A stretch of DNA of 49,755 nucleotides from Candidatus Zixiibacteriota bacterium (GTDB taxonomy: Bacteria > Zixibacteria > MSB-5A5 > GN15 > JAAZOE01): the NCBI GenBank assembly GCA_043819555.1, contig JBDREQ010000014.1, forward strand, positions 1 through 49,755. The letters run 5' to 3'. A program made the translations under genes and the position numbers. The notes below the pieces were generated by a model that made no database searches, was not told the origin of the DNA, and saw only the letters and a program-made list of their open reading frames with translations. This document shows positions 1 to 8,684 of the stretch, piece after piece. How positions within the stretch are numbered: the stretch's first letter is position 1; every line of letters begins with the position of its first letter.

Positions 1-99
1 CAGAGTTGATGCGATTTGCCTGATCGAGCAGCCCGAGGCTGATAATCTGGAAATCTCACACCGCTCTTCAAGGTTAAATTGTTTGTATCTATGTCCCAT
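1..99 (-). CDS. IS30-family transposase, N-terminal 33 aa (partial; not in ORF track)
   Basis: Manual translation from ATG at 99: MGHRYKQFNLEERCEISRLSASGCSIRQIASTL, matching the IS30 N-terminal HTH pattern (Y..L..EER..I..L...G.S.RQIA..L). GAGGTG SD lies upstream. Confidence 0.85.
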   Translation of the reverse strand, partial: MGHRYKQFNLEERCEISRLSASGCSIRQIASTL

Positions 100-140
100 A
101 ACACCTCTACGAGGTGTTGCACTTCGTTTGTGAACTTAGG
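1..140 (-). mobile_element. IS30-family insertion sequence, left end (runs off the window)
   Basis: Minus strand reads CCTAAGTTCACAAACGAAGTGCAACACC, an IS30-like terminal IR containing GAAGTGCAAC, immediately followed by a transposase start. The exact end is uncertain by 1-2 nt. Confidence 0.8.
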
Positions 141-218
141 GAATCCAGAATTTATCAGACACTGCATGGATTCCCGATTCGCTTCGCCCCTGATAGGGCT
201 TCGCTCTCGGGAATGACA
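139..218. repeat. Truncated palindromic REP-like element (GGGAATCCA...TGGATTCCC...CGGGAATGAC type)
   Basis: Inverted repeats GGGAATCCA (139-147)/TGGATTCCC (167-175) and TTCCCGA (171-177)/TCGGGAA (207-213), ending in TGAC. The left GTCATTCCCG arm is missing where the IS abuts. Confidence 0.7.
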
Positions 219-485
219 TGACAAGCCATACGGTTACGCATATTATTTTTTGCATATTTTATCATACATATGGTGATAAATTCTGAAAATGTGTGAATTT
301 GATGGAAAAAATGTTGAGGCTCCATGCGGGAACCCACCCGAAAAAAACGCTCCGCTTATTTTTCGGACGGGCCACCGGTCATTTTTTGGGGCAGACGAGG
401 ACTGTTTGCCACTCACATAGTATTTACCTATCAACGCATTATAAAAAAAATAAATAAAAACTGCTGATTAATTGAAACTTTGTCA

Positions 486-537
486 ATGCTTTGACGTAAA
501 GTAGTTTGTAATACAAAGTAAATGTAATGACAAAGTA
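486..537 (+). promoter_or_regulatory. Putative promoter with tandem 17-bp operators for the downstream HTH regulator
   Basis: AAAGTA recurs at 498, 515 and 532 (17-nt period). Central imperfect palindrome TTTG-TAATA-CAAA (505-517); TTGACG at 491-496; AAGGAGG RBS follows. Confidence 0.55.
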
Positions 538-553
538 ATAAAGGAGGTTTATA

Positions 554-1177
554 ATGAGGACCATTGATTCTTTGGATGGTGTTGAAAGACGAGCATACAG
601 ATCTACGTTTAGTGACGGCGTATACGATATTGCCTTTGGAGCGGTGTTTATTCTCCTGGCTCTGATTCCGGTATTGGAGGCAGCCGGTATAAGCAAGTAT
701 TATGGCTATCTATTGCTTATTTTGCCGGCCTTGATGATAATTGTCGCCAAGCGGGTTATAACAATTCCAAGGATGGGGGCGGTTGAATTTGGCCCCAAAC
801 GAAAAACCAAAAAACGACTGATTCTGATTATCGCTGCTGTAGTAGTATTTCTAATGATGCCGGTGGCGATTATGGTTCTCCCGAAGTTTGCTTCGGGATA
901 TCATATGTGGACAGTTATTTCTCTGGCAGGCGCGCCGTTGGTTGCACTGTCAATTTACTTCCTGGATCATCCGAGATTTATATTGTATTGCGCGCTATTT
1001 TTCTTTGGCATTCTGATGGCCGAATTCATGTTGCCTTATATTGGCAATCCGCTTAACTATGTCATGGCGCTGGGCTTGCCGGGAATAGTTATCGATGTTT
1101 ACGGATTGGCACTTTTTACTGCATTCATCAGAAAATACCCTAAAGTGAATTCGGAGGTTTCACATGTCGCGGGATAA
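554..1177 (+). CDS. Integral membrane protein (about 6 TM), hypothetical
   Basis: Multiple hydrophobic segments, ITIPRMGAVEF motif, strong RBS; overlaps the next gene. Confidence 0.8.
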   Translation: MRTIDSLDGVERRAYRSTFSDGVYDIAFGAVFILLALIPVLEAAGISKYYGYLLLILPALMIIVAKRVITIPRMGAVEFGPKRKTKKRLILIIAAVVVFLMMPVAIMVLPKFASGYHMWTVISLAGAPLVALSIYFLDHPRFILYCALFFFGILMAEFMLPYIGNPLNYVMALGLPGIVIDVYGLALFTAFIRKYPKVNSEVSHVAG

Positions 1178-1499
1178 AGAGGTGAATAGATACCAGCTTT
1201 CCGAAGTTGATCGTCTAATTCATGAACCGGCCCGGTACAATATTATGGCCTTACTTTGCGTGGTGACGAGGGCAGAATTCTTATTCGTACAGAATCAATC
1301 CGGGATGACATCGGGAAACCTGTCATCACATATCACCAAACTGGCGGTAGCGGAGTTATTACTGATTGAAAAAGAGTTTGTCGGACGAAAGCCCCGGACA
1401 TATCTGAGGCTGACCAAAAAAGGGAGGCGAGTGTTTAAGGAATATCATAAAAAGATGCAGGAAGTTTTTTCACAGCCTTCAAGTGGTAAAAGAAGATGA
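1164..1499 (+). CDS. Winged-helix transcriptional regulator (HTH_34/MarR-like)
   Basis: DRLIHEPAR...GMTSGNLSSHITKL...KEFVGRKPRTYLRLTKKG signature. Confidence 0.9.
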   Translation: MSRDKEVNRYQLSEVDRLIHEPARYNIMALLCVVTRAEFLFVQNQSGMTSGNLSSHITKLAVAELLLIEKEFVGRKPRTYLRLTKKGRRVFKEYHKKMQEVFSQPSSGKRR

Positions 1500-1559
1500 A
1501 TTTTTGTCATATAGAGTTAATTGGAAGTGATATAATCGATTCGCATATCTCAATGTCTC

Positions 1560-1588
1560 TTGTCAAAACTCCAATTTTATTGTAGATT
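1560..1588 (+). promoter_or_regulatory. Sigma70-type promoter
   Basis: TTGTCA-N17-TAGATT upstream of ATG 1634. Confidence 0.5.
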
Positions 1589-1633
1589 CTCTGATTGTTG
1601 AAAATCATCATTGAGTTTTGAAAGGATTGAAAT

Positions 1634-2779
1634 ATGAAGATCGCGGTTGTTGGAGCTGGATTGATGGGACGTGCGGCGGTTTATGATCTGGCACAAAATA
1701 AAGATGTAACAAAAATCGGATTGTTTGATATTGATTTAAAGGCGGCTAAGGCGGTTGCGAAAAAATATGGCGGCAAAAAGACAGCTGTCAAAAAATTCGA
1801 CGCCGGTGATGTGAAAATGGCCTTGAAACTGTTTAAAGAATATGACGCAGTCATATCGGCGGTGACCTATAAATTTAATCCCGGTTTGGCCAAGGCGGCG
1901 ATTAAGGCCAAGGCTCATTTTTTCGATCTGGGCGGGAATAATACGGCTGTAGATCGGGAATTTAAATTGCATGCTCAGGCCAAAAAAGCGGATGTGGTAG
2001 TGATTCCCGATTGCGGATTAGCGCCGGGGATGGTCTCGGTTATCGCGGCGGGAGATTTGGCGAAATTTGATAAACCGGAGTCCTTGTATATTCGCGTCGG
2101 AGGACTTCCGCAAAAACCTCGCCCGCCTCTTGATTACCAGATGCTGTTTTCGGCGGAAGGACTTATAAACGAATATTATGAACCGGTTGTGGCAATTCGA
2201 AATAGTAAAAAAGTCAAGCTGTCTCCGCTGGCCGAAATTGAATCGTTGTCGTTTCGGGGGATTGGAAAGTTGGAAGCGTTTACGACTTCGGGAGGTACGT
2301 CTACGCTTCCGAAAACATACGGTAGAATTTTGAAGAATCTCGATTACAAAACGATTCGCTATCCGGGGCATTGTGAGAAATTCAAAACGATGATGGATAT
2401 CGGTCTCGATAGCTGGGATAAGATCAAGGTTGATGGAGTCAAGGTTGCACCCCGTTCAGTATTCAAAGCTGTATTGGATAAAAGTCTGAATTTTGGGGAA
2501 CCTGATTTGGCGCTGGTTCGTGTGACGACTGAGGGAAAAATCAAAGGTAAAAAACGAAAATATATATCTGAAATTATTGATAAAGAGAATAGAGGAACTG
2601 GATTGACGGCAATGATGCGGTGCACGTCGTTTCCGGTGACGATTATCGCCTGGATGGCGTGCGCCGGACATATTACTAAGCGAGGTGTGATACCTCAGGA
2701 ATTGGCGGTTGATCCGGCGATGTTCCGAAAAGAGTTGGGTAAGCGGGGGATAAAACTGACAAGTCGATGGGGGAAATAG
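1634..2779 (+). CDS. Saccharopine dehydrogenase / lysine 6-dehydrogenase family oxidoreductase
   Basis: Rossmann VVGAGLMG, DCGLAPG, VGGLPQ, EGLINEY and YKTIRYPGH motifs. Confidence 0.88.
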   Translation: MKIAVVGAGLMGRAAVYDLAQNKDVTKIGLFDIDLKAAKAVAKKYGGKKTAVKKFDAGDVKMALKLFKEYDAVISAVTYKFNPGLAKAAIKAKAHFFDLGGNNTAVDREFKLHAQAKKADVVVIPDCGLAPGMVSVIAAGDLAKFDKPESLYIRVGGLPQKPRPPLDYQMLFSAEGLINEYYEPVVAIRNSKKVKLSPLAEIESLSFRGIGKLEAFTTSGGTSTLPKTYGRILKNLDYKTIRYPGHCEKFKTMMDIGLDSWDKIKVDGVKVAPRSVFKAVLDKSLNFGEPDLALVRVTTEGKIKGKKRKYISEIIDKENRGTGLTAMMRCTSFPVTIIAWMACAGHITKRGVIPQELAVDPAMFRKELGKRGIKLTSRWGK

Positions 2780-2796
2780 GAATTATTATTGCTTTA

Positions 2797-2838
2797 TGTC
2801 AGGTCACACGCCTCCCATTGTCTGCGCAGGACCTGACA
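2797..2838. repeat. Palindromic intergenic repeat, family A (TGTCAGGTC...GACCTGACA)
   Basis: 9-bp terminal inverted arms; a near-identical copy lies in opposite orientation at 48659-48705. Confidence 0.8.
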
Positions 2839-2852
2839 CAACTTTATTGATT

Positions 2853-2879
2853 GGCAGGATCTTAGGGATCCTGCTCTAC
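2853..2879 (-). repeat. GTAG-type REP-like palindrome, family B
   Basis: Minus strand GTAGAGCAGGATCCCTAAGATCCTGCC: GTAG tetranucleotide plus hairpin; second copy at 5170-5196. Confidence 0.8.
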
Positions 2880-2907
2880 TTGCTAAAATATTATAGGAGT
2901 ACAAGCC

Positions 2908-3807
2908 ATGCTGACAGGCATACACTTTCTCCTGACTTATACCTGCAACTATGAATGTGATCACTGTTTTTTGTATTGCGGGCCGAACGCCAAGGGAACT
3001 TTTACATCCAGTCAAATAAACGAAGTCCTGACAGATGCGAAGAAATTGGGCACTGTTGAATGGATATATTTCGAAGGCGGTGAGCCATTTCTTTATTTTC
3101 CTCTTTTGGCAGAAGGGCTTCGGATGGTGCGTGAAGCAGGCTTTAAAAAGGGTGTAGTTACAAATTGTTATTGGGCGACAAATACGGATGATGCAGCTCT
3201 GTGGCTAAAGCCACTTTTGGAAAATGGCATTGAGACTTTGAATCTGAGTGATGATGTTTTTCATTATGGGGATGAAGAAGACAATTTCGCCAAGAAAGCT
3301 GCCGAGGCTGCTTCTAATTTGGGATTTCAGGCAAAGCCGATCTGTATAGAGAAGCCTTCTATAAAACCTCCTGCTGATGGCAAGGGTGAGCCGGTTGTTG
3401 GAGGCGGCGCTATCTTTAGAGGCCGCGCAGTTGAAAAATTAACAGATGGGTTGCCGACCAAACCGCCCGGTGAGTTTTGCGAGTGTACGCATGAGGAACT
3501 TATCGAACCCAAACGGGTTCACATCGATTCTTTTGGCAATGTTTTTGTTTGTCAGGGGTTGAGTATCGGGAATATGTGGGAGAAACCTCTTTCGGCGATT
3601 ATTACAGAATATGATGCCTCAGCCCATCCGATTTGTGGGCCTTTGAGTAAAGGCGGACCAGCGGCACTGGCTAAGGCGCATGGCATAACTCTCGATGGTG
3701 AATTTGTAGATGAGTGTCATTATTGTTTTCTTGTTCGAAGAAAGCTAATCGATAAATTCCCAGAATTTTTGACCCCGCGTCAGGTTTATGGTTTGACTGA
3801 AGAATAA
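2908..3807 (+). CDS. Radical SAM protein with Cys-rich C-terminal region
   Basis: CNYECDHC (CxxxCxxC), FEGGEPFL, VTN motif; extra Cys in FCEC, VFVCQG and ECHYC. Confidence 0.9.
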   Translation: MLTGIHFLLTYTCNYECDHCFLYCGPNAKGTFTSSQINEVLTDAKKLGTVEWIYFEGGEPFLYFPLLAEGLRMVREAGFKKGVVTNCYWATNTDDAALWLKPLLENGIETLNLSDDVFHYGDEEDNFAKKAAEAASNLGFQAKPICIEKPSIKPPADGKGEPVVGGGAIFRGRAVEKLTDGLPTKPPGEFCECTHEELIEPKRVHIDSFGNVFVCQGLSIGNMWEKPLSAIITEYDASAHPICGPLSKGGPAALAKAHGITLDGEFVDECHYCFLVRRKLIDKFPEFLTPRQVYGLTEE

Positions 3808-3897
3808 TGTTTCAACCTCTCCAAATGGATGGAGTACGATTTCCAACCGGTTAGAGTTTGAAGCAACTATAATTCACATAATTTTTAATAATAATGC

Positions 3898-3926
3898 TTG
3901 ACATTAATATCTAATATCACTAATCT
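3898..3926 (+). promoter_or_regulatory. Sigma70-type promoter
   Basis: TTGACA-N17-TAATCT. Confidence 0.55.
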
Positions 3927-4008
3927 TAGTATATCAACGGGGAATGCTATGTAACTCATACTAAATAAAAGTATAATCTTGTTAAAGCTAAAAATGGGAG
4001 GGAATAAC

Positions 4009-5157
4009 ATGGTTAGGATAGCCTCGTATAATGTTGAAAACCTATTTTCAAGGCCAAAAGCGCTTGATCCTACCGATTGGTCAAAAGGCAAGCCGATATT
4101 AAAGGCTTTTGGGAAAGTAAACGAATTGCTCGCAAAGCCGGTATATTCCGCCAATGACAAAACGAAAATCAAAGAATTATTTGTAGAACTTGATCTATAT
4201 TATATTAACAACCAAAATGCGGTTCGGAGGAAGCGTGTTCAGGATCCGGATTGGGCCTGGTTTCGCAAAAATCACGGCAAATTTGACAAAGAACCCAAGG
4301 ACAAAACGAAAGATGTTGAAATTATTGCCAGTGGCAGAAAGGATTGGATCGGTTGGGTTTCGCTGGCCAAGGAAGCGGTAAACGAAATCAATACGAGAAT
4401 GACCGCCAAAGTTATTGAAGATGTCTATGCCGATATTATTGGGATTGTTGAAGCGGAAGATCGTCCGTCTCTTTGTAGATTTAATGATGAAATGCTCGGG
4501 GGATTATATAGCCATGTTATGTTGATAGATGGAAATGATAAGCGCGGTATTGATGTAGGTATTATGACCGGCGAAGGCTTTGATATTAATTGTATTAAAT
4601 CTAATGTTGATACTGTCGATGCGACCGGCATTATTTTCAGCCGTGATTGCCCGCAATATACGGTTTTTACCCCAAACGGAACCGAGTTGCACCTGTTGAT
4701 AAATCACTTTAAATCCAAATCAGGTGGGGGAGATAAAAAACGTCAGCGTCAGGCAGCCGAGGTGCGGAAGATTGTAGATGACCTTGTCAGTCAAGGCAAA
4801 CATGTAGTAGTCATGGGCGATTTAAATGAGGGACCGGGCAAGAATCAGAATTTCTCGGAAAATTTAAAGAGTTTGTATGACAGCAATAGTCCGCTGGTTG
4901 AGTGTTTTACGCTGCCGGGATTCAATATCGGCAACAGGGAAGGGACATACAGTTCATGTTCTCTTAGCAATCGGTTTGATTATATTTTCATCTCAAAGAG
5001 TCTGCTGAATAAATGTCAGGGCGGAGGCGTATTTAGAAAAGGATTATGGTGCAGCTTAAAGACCGCATCCGAGCAATGGGAAGTGTATCCGGATATTACT
5101 AAAGAATCGGAGCAAGCTTCGGATCACGGCGCGGTGTTTATTGATTTGAATATATAG
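4009..5157 (+). CDS. Endonuclease/exonuclease/phosphatase (DNase I-like) family protein
   Basis: IASYNVENLF, GIVEAE, NHFKSK, VMGDLNE, FDYIF and ASDH motifs. Start moved to ATG 4009, which follows GGGAGG. Confidence 0.9.
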   Translation: MVRIASYNVENLFSRPKALDPTDWSKGKPILKAFGKVNELLAKPVYSANDKTKIKELFVELDLYYINNQNAVRRKRVQDPDWAWFRKNHGKFDKEPKDKTKDVEIIASGRKDWIGWVSLAKEAVNEINTRMTAKVIEDVYADIIGIVEAEDRPSLCRFNDEMLGGLYSHVMLIDGNDKRGIDVGIMTGEGFDINCIKSNVDTVDATGIIFSRDCPQYTVFTPNGTELHLLINHFKSKSGGGDKKRQRQAAEVRKIVDDLVSQGKHVVVMGDLNEGPGKNQNFSENLKSLYDSNSPLVECFTLPGFNIGNREGTYSSCSLSNRFDYIFISKSLLNKCQGGGVFRKGLWCSLKTASEQWEVYPDITKESEQASDHGAVFIDLNI

Positions 5158-5169
5158 AATAGTTATTAA

Positions 5170-5196
5170 GGCAGGATCACAGGGATCCTGCCCTAC
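5170..5196 (-). repeat. GTAG-type REP-like palindrome, family B (second copy)
   Basis: Minus strand GTAGGGCAGGATCCCTGTGATCCTGCC; differs from 2853-2879 at 3 positions. Confidence 0.8.
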
Positions 5197-5297
5197 TGAT
5201 TATCCTGAAATGTGGCAATGGATTCACACGAATTTTGACAAGGCAAAATATTAAGCATCTTGTTTTTGTAAAAGCAATTAGTAAAGAAATGCATAAC

Positions 5298-5328
5298 AAA
5301 AAGCCCCGTCATATAGACGGGGCTTTTT
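5298..5328. terminator. Bidirectional intrinsic terminator
   Basis: AAAAAGCCCCGTC-ATATA-GACGGGGCTTTTT between convergent genes. Confidence 0.9.
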
Positions 5329-5367
5329 GGGAGTGGGAGGTAAGAGTATAGCAATAGCAAACGGAAA

Positions 5368-5571
5368 CTAATTTCCGTCCCGGTATTCTTCGAGCCAGGC
5401 CATCTGAATAGCTTCCAGTTTTCTTTCATTGGACGTTTTTGGATCATCGTTGAAATCGGGAAGTTCGATCACCAGTTTGTGTAAATCGGTAAAGCGCACA
5501 TCCAGCGGATTCCTGTCCGGAAACGTCTCGTATAATTCGTATCCAATATCTTCAGCATCTCTCCAGGTCAT
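5368..5571 (-). CDS. iscX: Fe-S cluster assembly protein IscX (YfhJ)
   Basis: W.D.EDIG..L...P..VRFTDLH..V.ELPDF.DDP..SNE.KLEAIQMAWLEE; last gene of the ISC operon. Confidence 0.95.
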   Translation of the reverse strand: MTWRDAEDIGYELYETFPDRNPLDVRFTDLHKLVIELPDFNDDPKTSNERKLEAIQMAWLEEYRDGN

Positions 5572-5589
5572 TTTATTTTCCCTTTCAAT

Positions 5590-5886
5590 CTATAATTGCG
5601 GTCGGGGGGGAAGCGCGATTTTGACATTGCCCCGCACGCGCGTCTGGCAGGCCAGCCGTGATTCCAGTTTGAGACCTTCGGCGGTGTCGAGCATGTCTTC
5701 CTCTTCCTCCGTTATTTTCGAAAGGTTGTCCATACCTTCAATAACATAAACGTGGCAAGTACTGCAGGCACAATTGCCGCCGCAGTTGTGGTCCAGTTCG
5801 ATATCGTTATCAAGAGCGATATCGAGGAGGCTCTTGCCGGAATCGGCGTAGATCTCCTTATTATCAATTATAACTTTTGGCATCAT
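5590..5886 (-). CDS. fdx: ISC-type [2Fe-2S] ferredoxin
   Basis: HNCGGNCACSTCHVY...EEDMLD...SRLACQ. Confidence 0.95.
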   Translation of the reverse strand: MMPKVIIDNKEIYADSGKSLLDIALDNDIELDHNCGGNCACSTCHVYVIEGMDNLSKITEEEEDMLDTAEGLKLESRLACQTRVRGNVKIALPPRPQL

Positions 5887-5899
5887 CTATATTCTACCT

Positions 5900-7747
5900 T
5901 TATGTCGTTAATTTTCTGGCGTCACTTACGGTTTTGTCCTTGAGTAGTCCGCTGATTGATTCATCCATCATTCTGGTTGCCAAATCGGAGGTGGCGTCAT
6001 TTAAGTCATCAAGTTTTTCCCGCAGGATGGTTGATTTAGTGCCTTGCATAGCTTTTCTTAAATCATCAATGGCATCGAGAATATCTTCTCTTTCGTCGCG
6101 AGTGATATCCGGCACGATGGTCAGAGCTTTTTCAGCGGCTTTGATAACGGTTTGGGATTCCTGGGTTAACTCTGTAAATAATCTTTTCTCGATATCGTCC
6201 CGGGCATTATCAAATGATTCCCTGACCATGCGATCGACCTCATCGCGGCTCAAGCCACATGACGGTTCGACGGTGATTTCATGTTTCTCGCCGGTTTTTT
6301 TATTGCTGGCCAGGACATGCAGGATTCCGTCAGCATCGAGTGTGAATGAAACCAGTATGCGGGGAAATCCCGCTTTTTGGGGTTCGATACTTTTGAGGTC
6401 AAATCGACCCAGGGGCCGGTTGTCGGCGACCATTTCCCGTTCGCCCTGATAGACATTAATCGCTACCGAGGTTTGACCGTCCACATAAGTTGTGAAGACT
6501 TCGGTCGCAACAGCGGGGATTTTGCTATTTCGAGAAATTAATACATTCATTACTCCACCCATTGTTTCAATCCCAAGCGAGAGCGGTGTGACGTCGAGTA
6601 AAAGCAAATCGTTGCGGCCGCCGGTGAGGATATCGGCCTGGATAGCAGCACCCAGGGCAACGACCGTATCCGGGCTGAGTTTGTTGTGTGGAATTATTTT
6701 GAAAAATTCTTCAACGCTCTTTTTTATCATAGGAATTCGAGTTGAACCACCGACTAAAATGACTTCATCGATATCGGAAGTTGTCAATTCGGCATCAGTC
6801 AATGCTTGCTGGCATAGCTTTATAGTCTTATCCAAGTATATTTTTATTTTTTCCTCAAATTTCCGGCGCGATAATGATGTTTTGAATTTATTATTTTCAA
6901 ATGATAGAACCATTCGGATATTGTCAGCATTCGACAATGCTTTCTTAGCGTTCTCGGCTTCTCTTTTTAATACAGCGCGGACGTAGGGGTCATTCAAATC
7001 CATTTGATAATTGGCCGATTTGGCGTCGGCTTTGATAAGTTCAATCAATACATTGTCGAAATCATCTCCACCCAGATTTGTATCACCGGTCGTTGACAAA
7101 ACCTCGAAAATTCCATTTTCAACATTGAGGATTGAGATATCAAAAGTTCCGCCTCCGAGATCGTACACGACCACTCGTCCGTTATTCAGCTTGTCCATAC
7201 CGTAAGCGAGGGAGGCAGCGGTTGGTTCATTGATGATGCGCATTACTTCAAGCCCGGCAATTTTTCCGGCATCGCGGGTCGCTTGACGCTGAGCGTCATC
7301 GAAGTACGCGGGGACGGTTATGACCGCTTTGGTTACCTCATGGCCAAGATTGTTTTCAGCCTGTTTTTTTAGCTCGCGCAATATTGAAGCGGATAACTCG
7401 ACGGGAGAGAAAATTCTGCCTGATACTTTGACGGAAGCCAATCCTCTTGGGTCGGCACAAACTTCGAATGGTAATTTATCAAGGTTATCTTTGATGTCCG
7501 ATGCGGCTTTACCCATGAGCCGTTTGACAGAATAAACCGTCCGCTCGGGATTTTCGACCATGGCATTGTAAGCCGGTCTACCAATTATTAATCGGTCATT
7601 CTCAATATTGATAACCGAGGGGACAATGCCTCCGTGTTCTCCGGCCAGAATCTCCGGCTGACCGCCGCGAACAATTGAAACCAGTGAATTGGTTGTACCC
7701 AGGTCAATTCCGATAGCGTCTGTCTGTTTATTTTCTTTTGAAGTCAT
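5900..7747 (-). CDS. hscA: Fe-S assembly chaperone HscA (Hsp70)
   Basis: [49 protein letters not shown] operon context. Confidence 0.93.
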   Translation of the reverse strand: MTSKENKQTDAIGIDLGTTNSLVSIVRGGQPEILAGEHGGIVPSVINIENDRLIIGRPAYNAMVENPERTVYSVKRLMGKAASDIKDNLDKLPFEVCADPRGLASVKVSGRIFSPVELSASILRELKKQAENNLGHEVTKAVITVPAYFDDAQRQATRDAGKIAGLEVMRIINEPTAASLAYGMDKLNNGRVVVYDLGGGTFDISILNVENGIFEVLSTTGDTNLGGDDFDNVLIELIKADAKSANYQMDLNDPYVRAVLKREAENAKKALSNADNIRMVLSFENNKFKTSLSRRKFEEKIKIYLDKTIKLCQQALTDAELTTSDIDEVILVGGSTRIPMIKKSVEEFFKIIPHNKLSPDTVVALGAAIQADILTGGRNDLLLLDVTPLSLGIETMGGVMNVLISRNSKIPAVATEVFTTYVDGQTSVAINVYQGEREMVADNRPLGRFDLKSIEPQKAGFPRILVSFTLDADGILHVLASNKKTGEKHEITVEPSCGLSRDEVDRMVRESFDNARDDIEKRLFTELTQESQTVIKAAEKALTIVPDITRDEREDILDAIDDLRKAMQGTKSTILREKLDDLNDATSDLATRMMDESISGLLKDKTVSDARKLTT

Positions 7748-7761
7748 GTAGGATACTCCAT

Positions 7762-8415
7762 TTAATTCAAAGCTGTTTCGATACGTCCGGTAATAGTTCT
7801 GAGGTATTTGATATTGTTCAGCGAAGATTCAATCTGATCGGCGACTTCAGTTTCATTTTTGAGGAGTCTTTCGAAAAGAGGATGAAGCGATTGAATGAGC
7901 TCATTTTTCAATTCACGAAAGCGATTTAGTGTCTCCATCAATTGATTTCTCTGGTATTCATCATGGCTTTCACTCAGAAGGATATCGCCGACTTCGAGGA
8001 TTTCATCGAGTAATTCCTGCGGAGGGGATGGATTACCGGGTGTATTGCCGACCGTCATTGACAGAAGGTAGTCGGCCCGTTTAATCGGATCCATCAGGAC
8101 TTTGAGGGCATTATTCAGAAAGGCGGCGTTATCTCGGGCGATGGACCTTTCTGTTTCATCTTTGTTCGAATAATAATCGGGATGGAATTTCCGGGAAAGT
8201 TCATAAAAACGATTTTTCAAAAACGCGACATCGATGGAATAAGATTTCTCAAGATTGAACAATCTAAAAAAACTGCTATGATCATCAACTTTCTGGATTC
8301 TAACGCAATGTTTGCAAAATGGTCCCAGACCGACTTCTTCTTTGCATGACCAGCAGAGATGGTGAATATCGTTAATCTGATGGTTTGAGAATGTTATGTT
8401 CTCAGGAGTCAACAT
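7762..8415 (-). CDS. hscB: Co-chaperone HscB with N-terminal tetracysteine domain
   Basis: J-domain [26 protein letters not shown]-terminal CWSC...FCKHC. Start 8415 has an AGGAG RBS. Confidence 0.9.
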   Translation of the reverse strand: MLTPENITFSNHQINDIHHLCWSCKEEVGLGPFCKHCVRIQKVDDHSSFFRLFNLEKSYSIDVAFLKNRFYELSRKFHPDYYSNKDETERSIARDNAAFLNNALKVLMDPIKRADYLLSMTVGNTPGNPSPPQELLDEILEVGDILLSESHDEYQRNQLMETLNRFRELKNELIQSLHPLFERLLKNETEVADQIESSLNNIKYLRTITGRIETALN

Positions 8416-8674
8416 GGCGAAACTCCTCTCGAGCTTGTCTGAATATTTGGATAGATGAGTGTTCATTGCCATATTTTACGGTTTTGGCGATATCAGTAAG
8501 GCGGGATGCTACCGCCATAAACGCCCAGGGTGGAATGGCGGTAGTGCCGCAGCCTTTGACCAGAACTCGCTCATGGCGATATAAATCCCAATCGAAATTT
8601 GCGAGGCGATCAAAAAAGCCGCTTTCGGTTATGATACCACCATCCAAGAATTGTGACATCTCGAGTATTTTCAT
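8402..8674 (-). CDS. DUF2480-like small protein (90 aa)
   Basis: FDWDLY....V.VKGC....IPPWAFMAVASRL...AK.V.YG pattern, recalled for DUF2480. Start 8674 has an AGGAG RBS. Confidence 0.75.
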   Translation of the reverse strand: MKILEMSQFLDGGIITESGFFDRLANFDWDLYRHERVLVKGCGTTAIPPWAFMAVASRLTDIAKTVKYGNEHSSIQIFRQAREEFRHVDS

Positions 8675-8684
8675 TCTTGCCTCC

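Noticed and set aside
385..415. c-di-GMP-I riboswitch (GGCAAAC on the minus strand)
   Set aside because: Lacks the GNRA tetraloop, the GCAAAG junction and the second stem of the GEMM motif.
155..696. Short minus-strand ORFs (60, 63 and 85 aa)
   Set aside because: They overlap the repeat, promoter or the real plus-strand gene and have no coding signatures.
1634..2779. Carboxy(nor)spermidine dehydrogenase call linking this gene to the polyamine operon
   Set aside because: Motifs fit the lysine-dehydrogenase/saccharopine-dehydrogenase-like group, no cognate decarboxylase is adjacent, and a SpeD/SpeE route is already present.
5877..7535. Plus-strand ORFs antisense to hscA (190, 164, 64 and 71 aa)
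   Set aside because: Shadow ORFs of a conserved gene, with no motifs or RBS.
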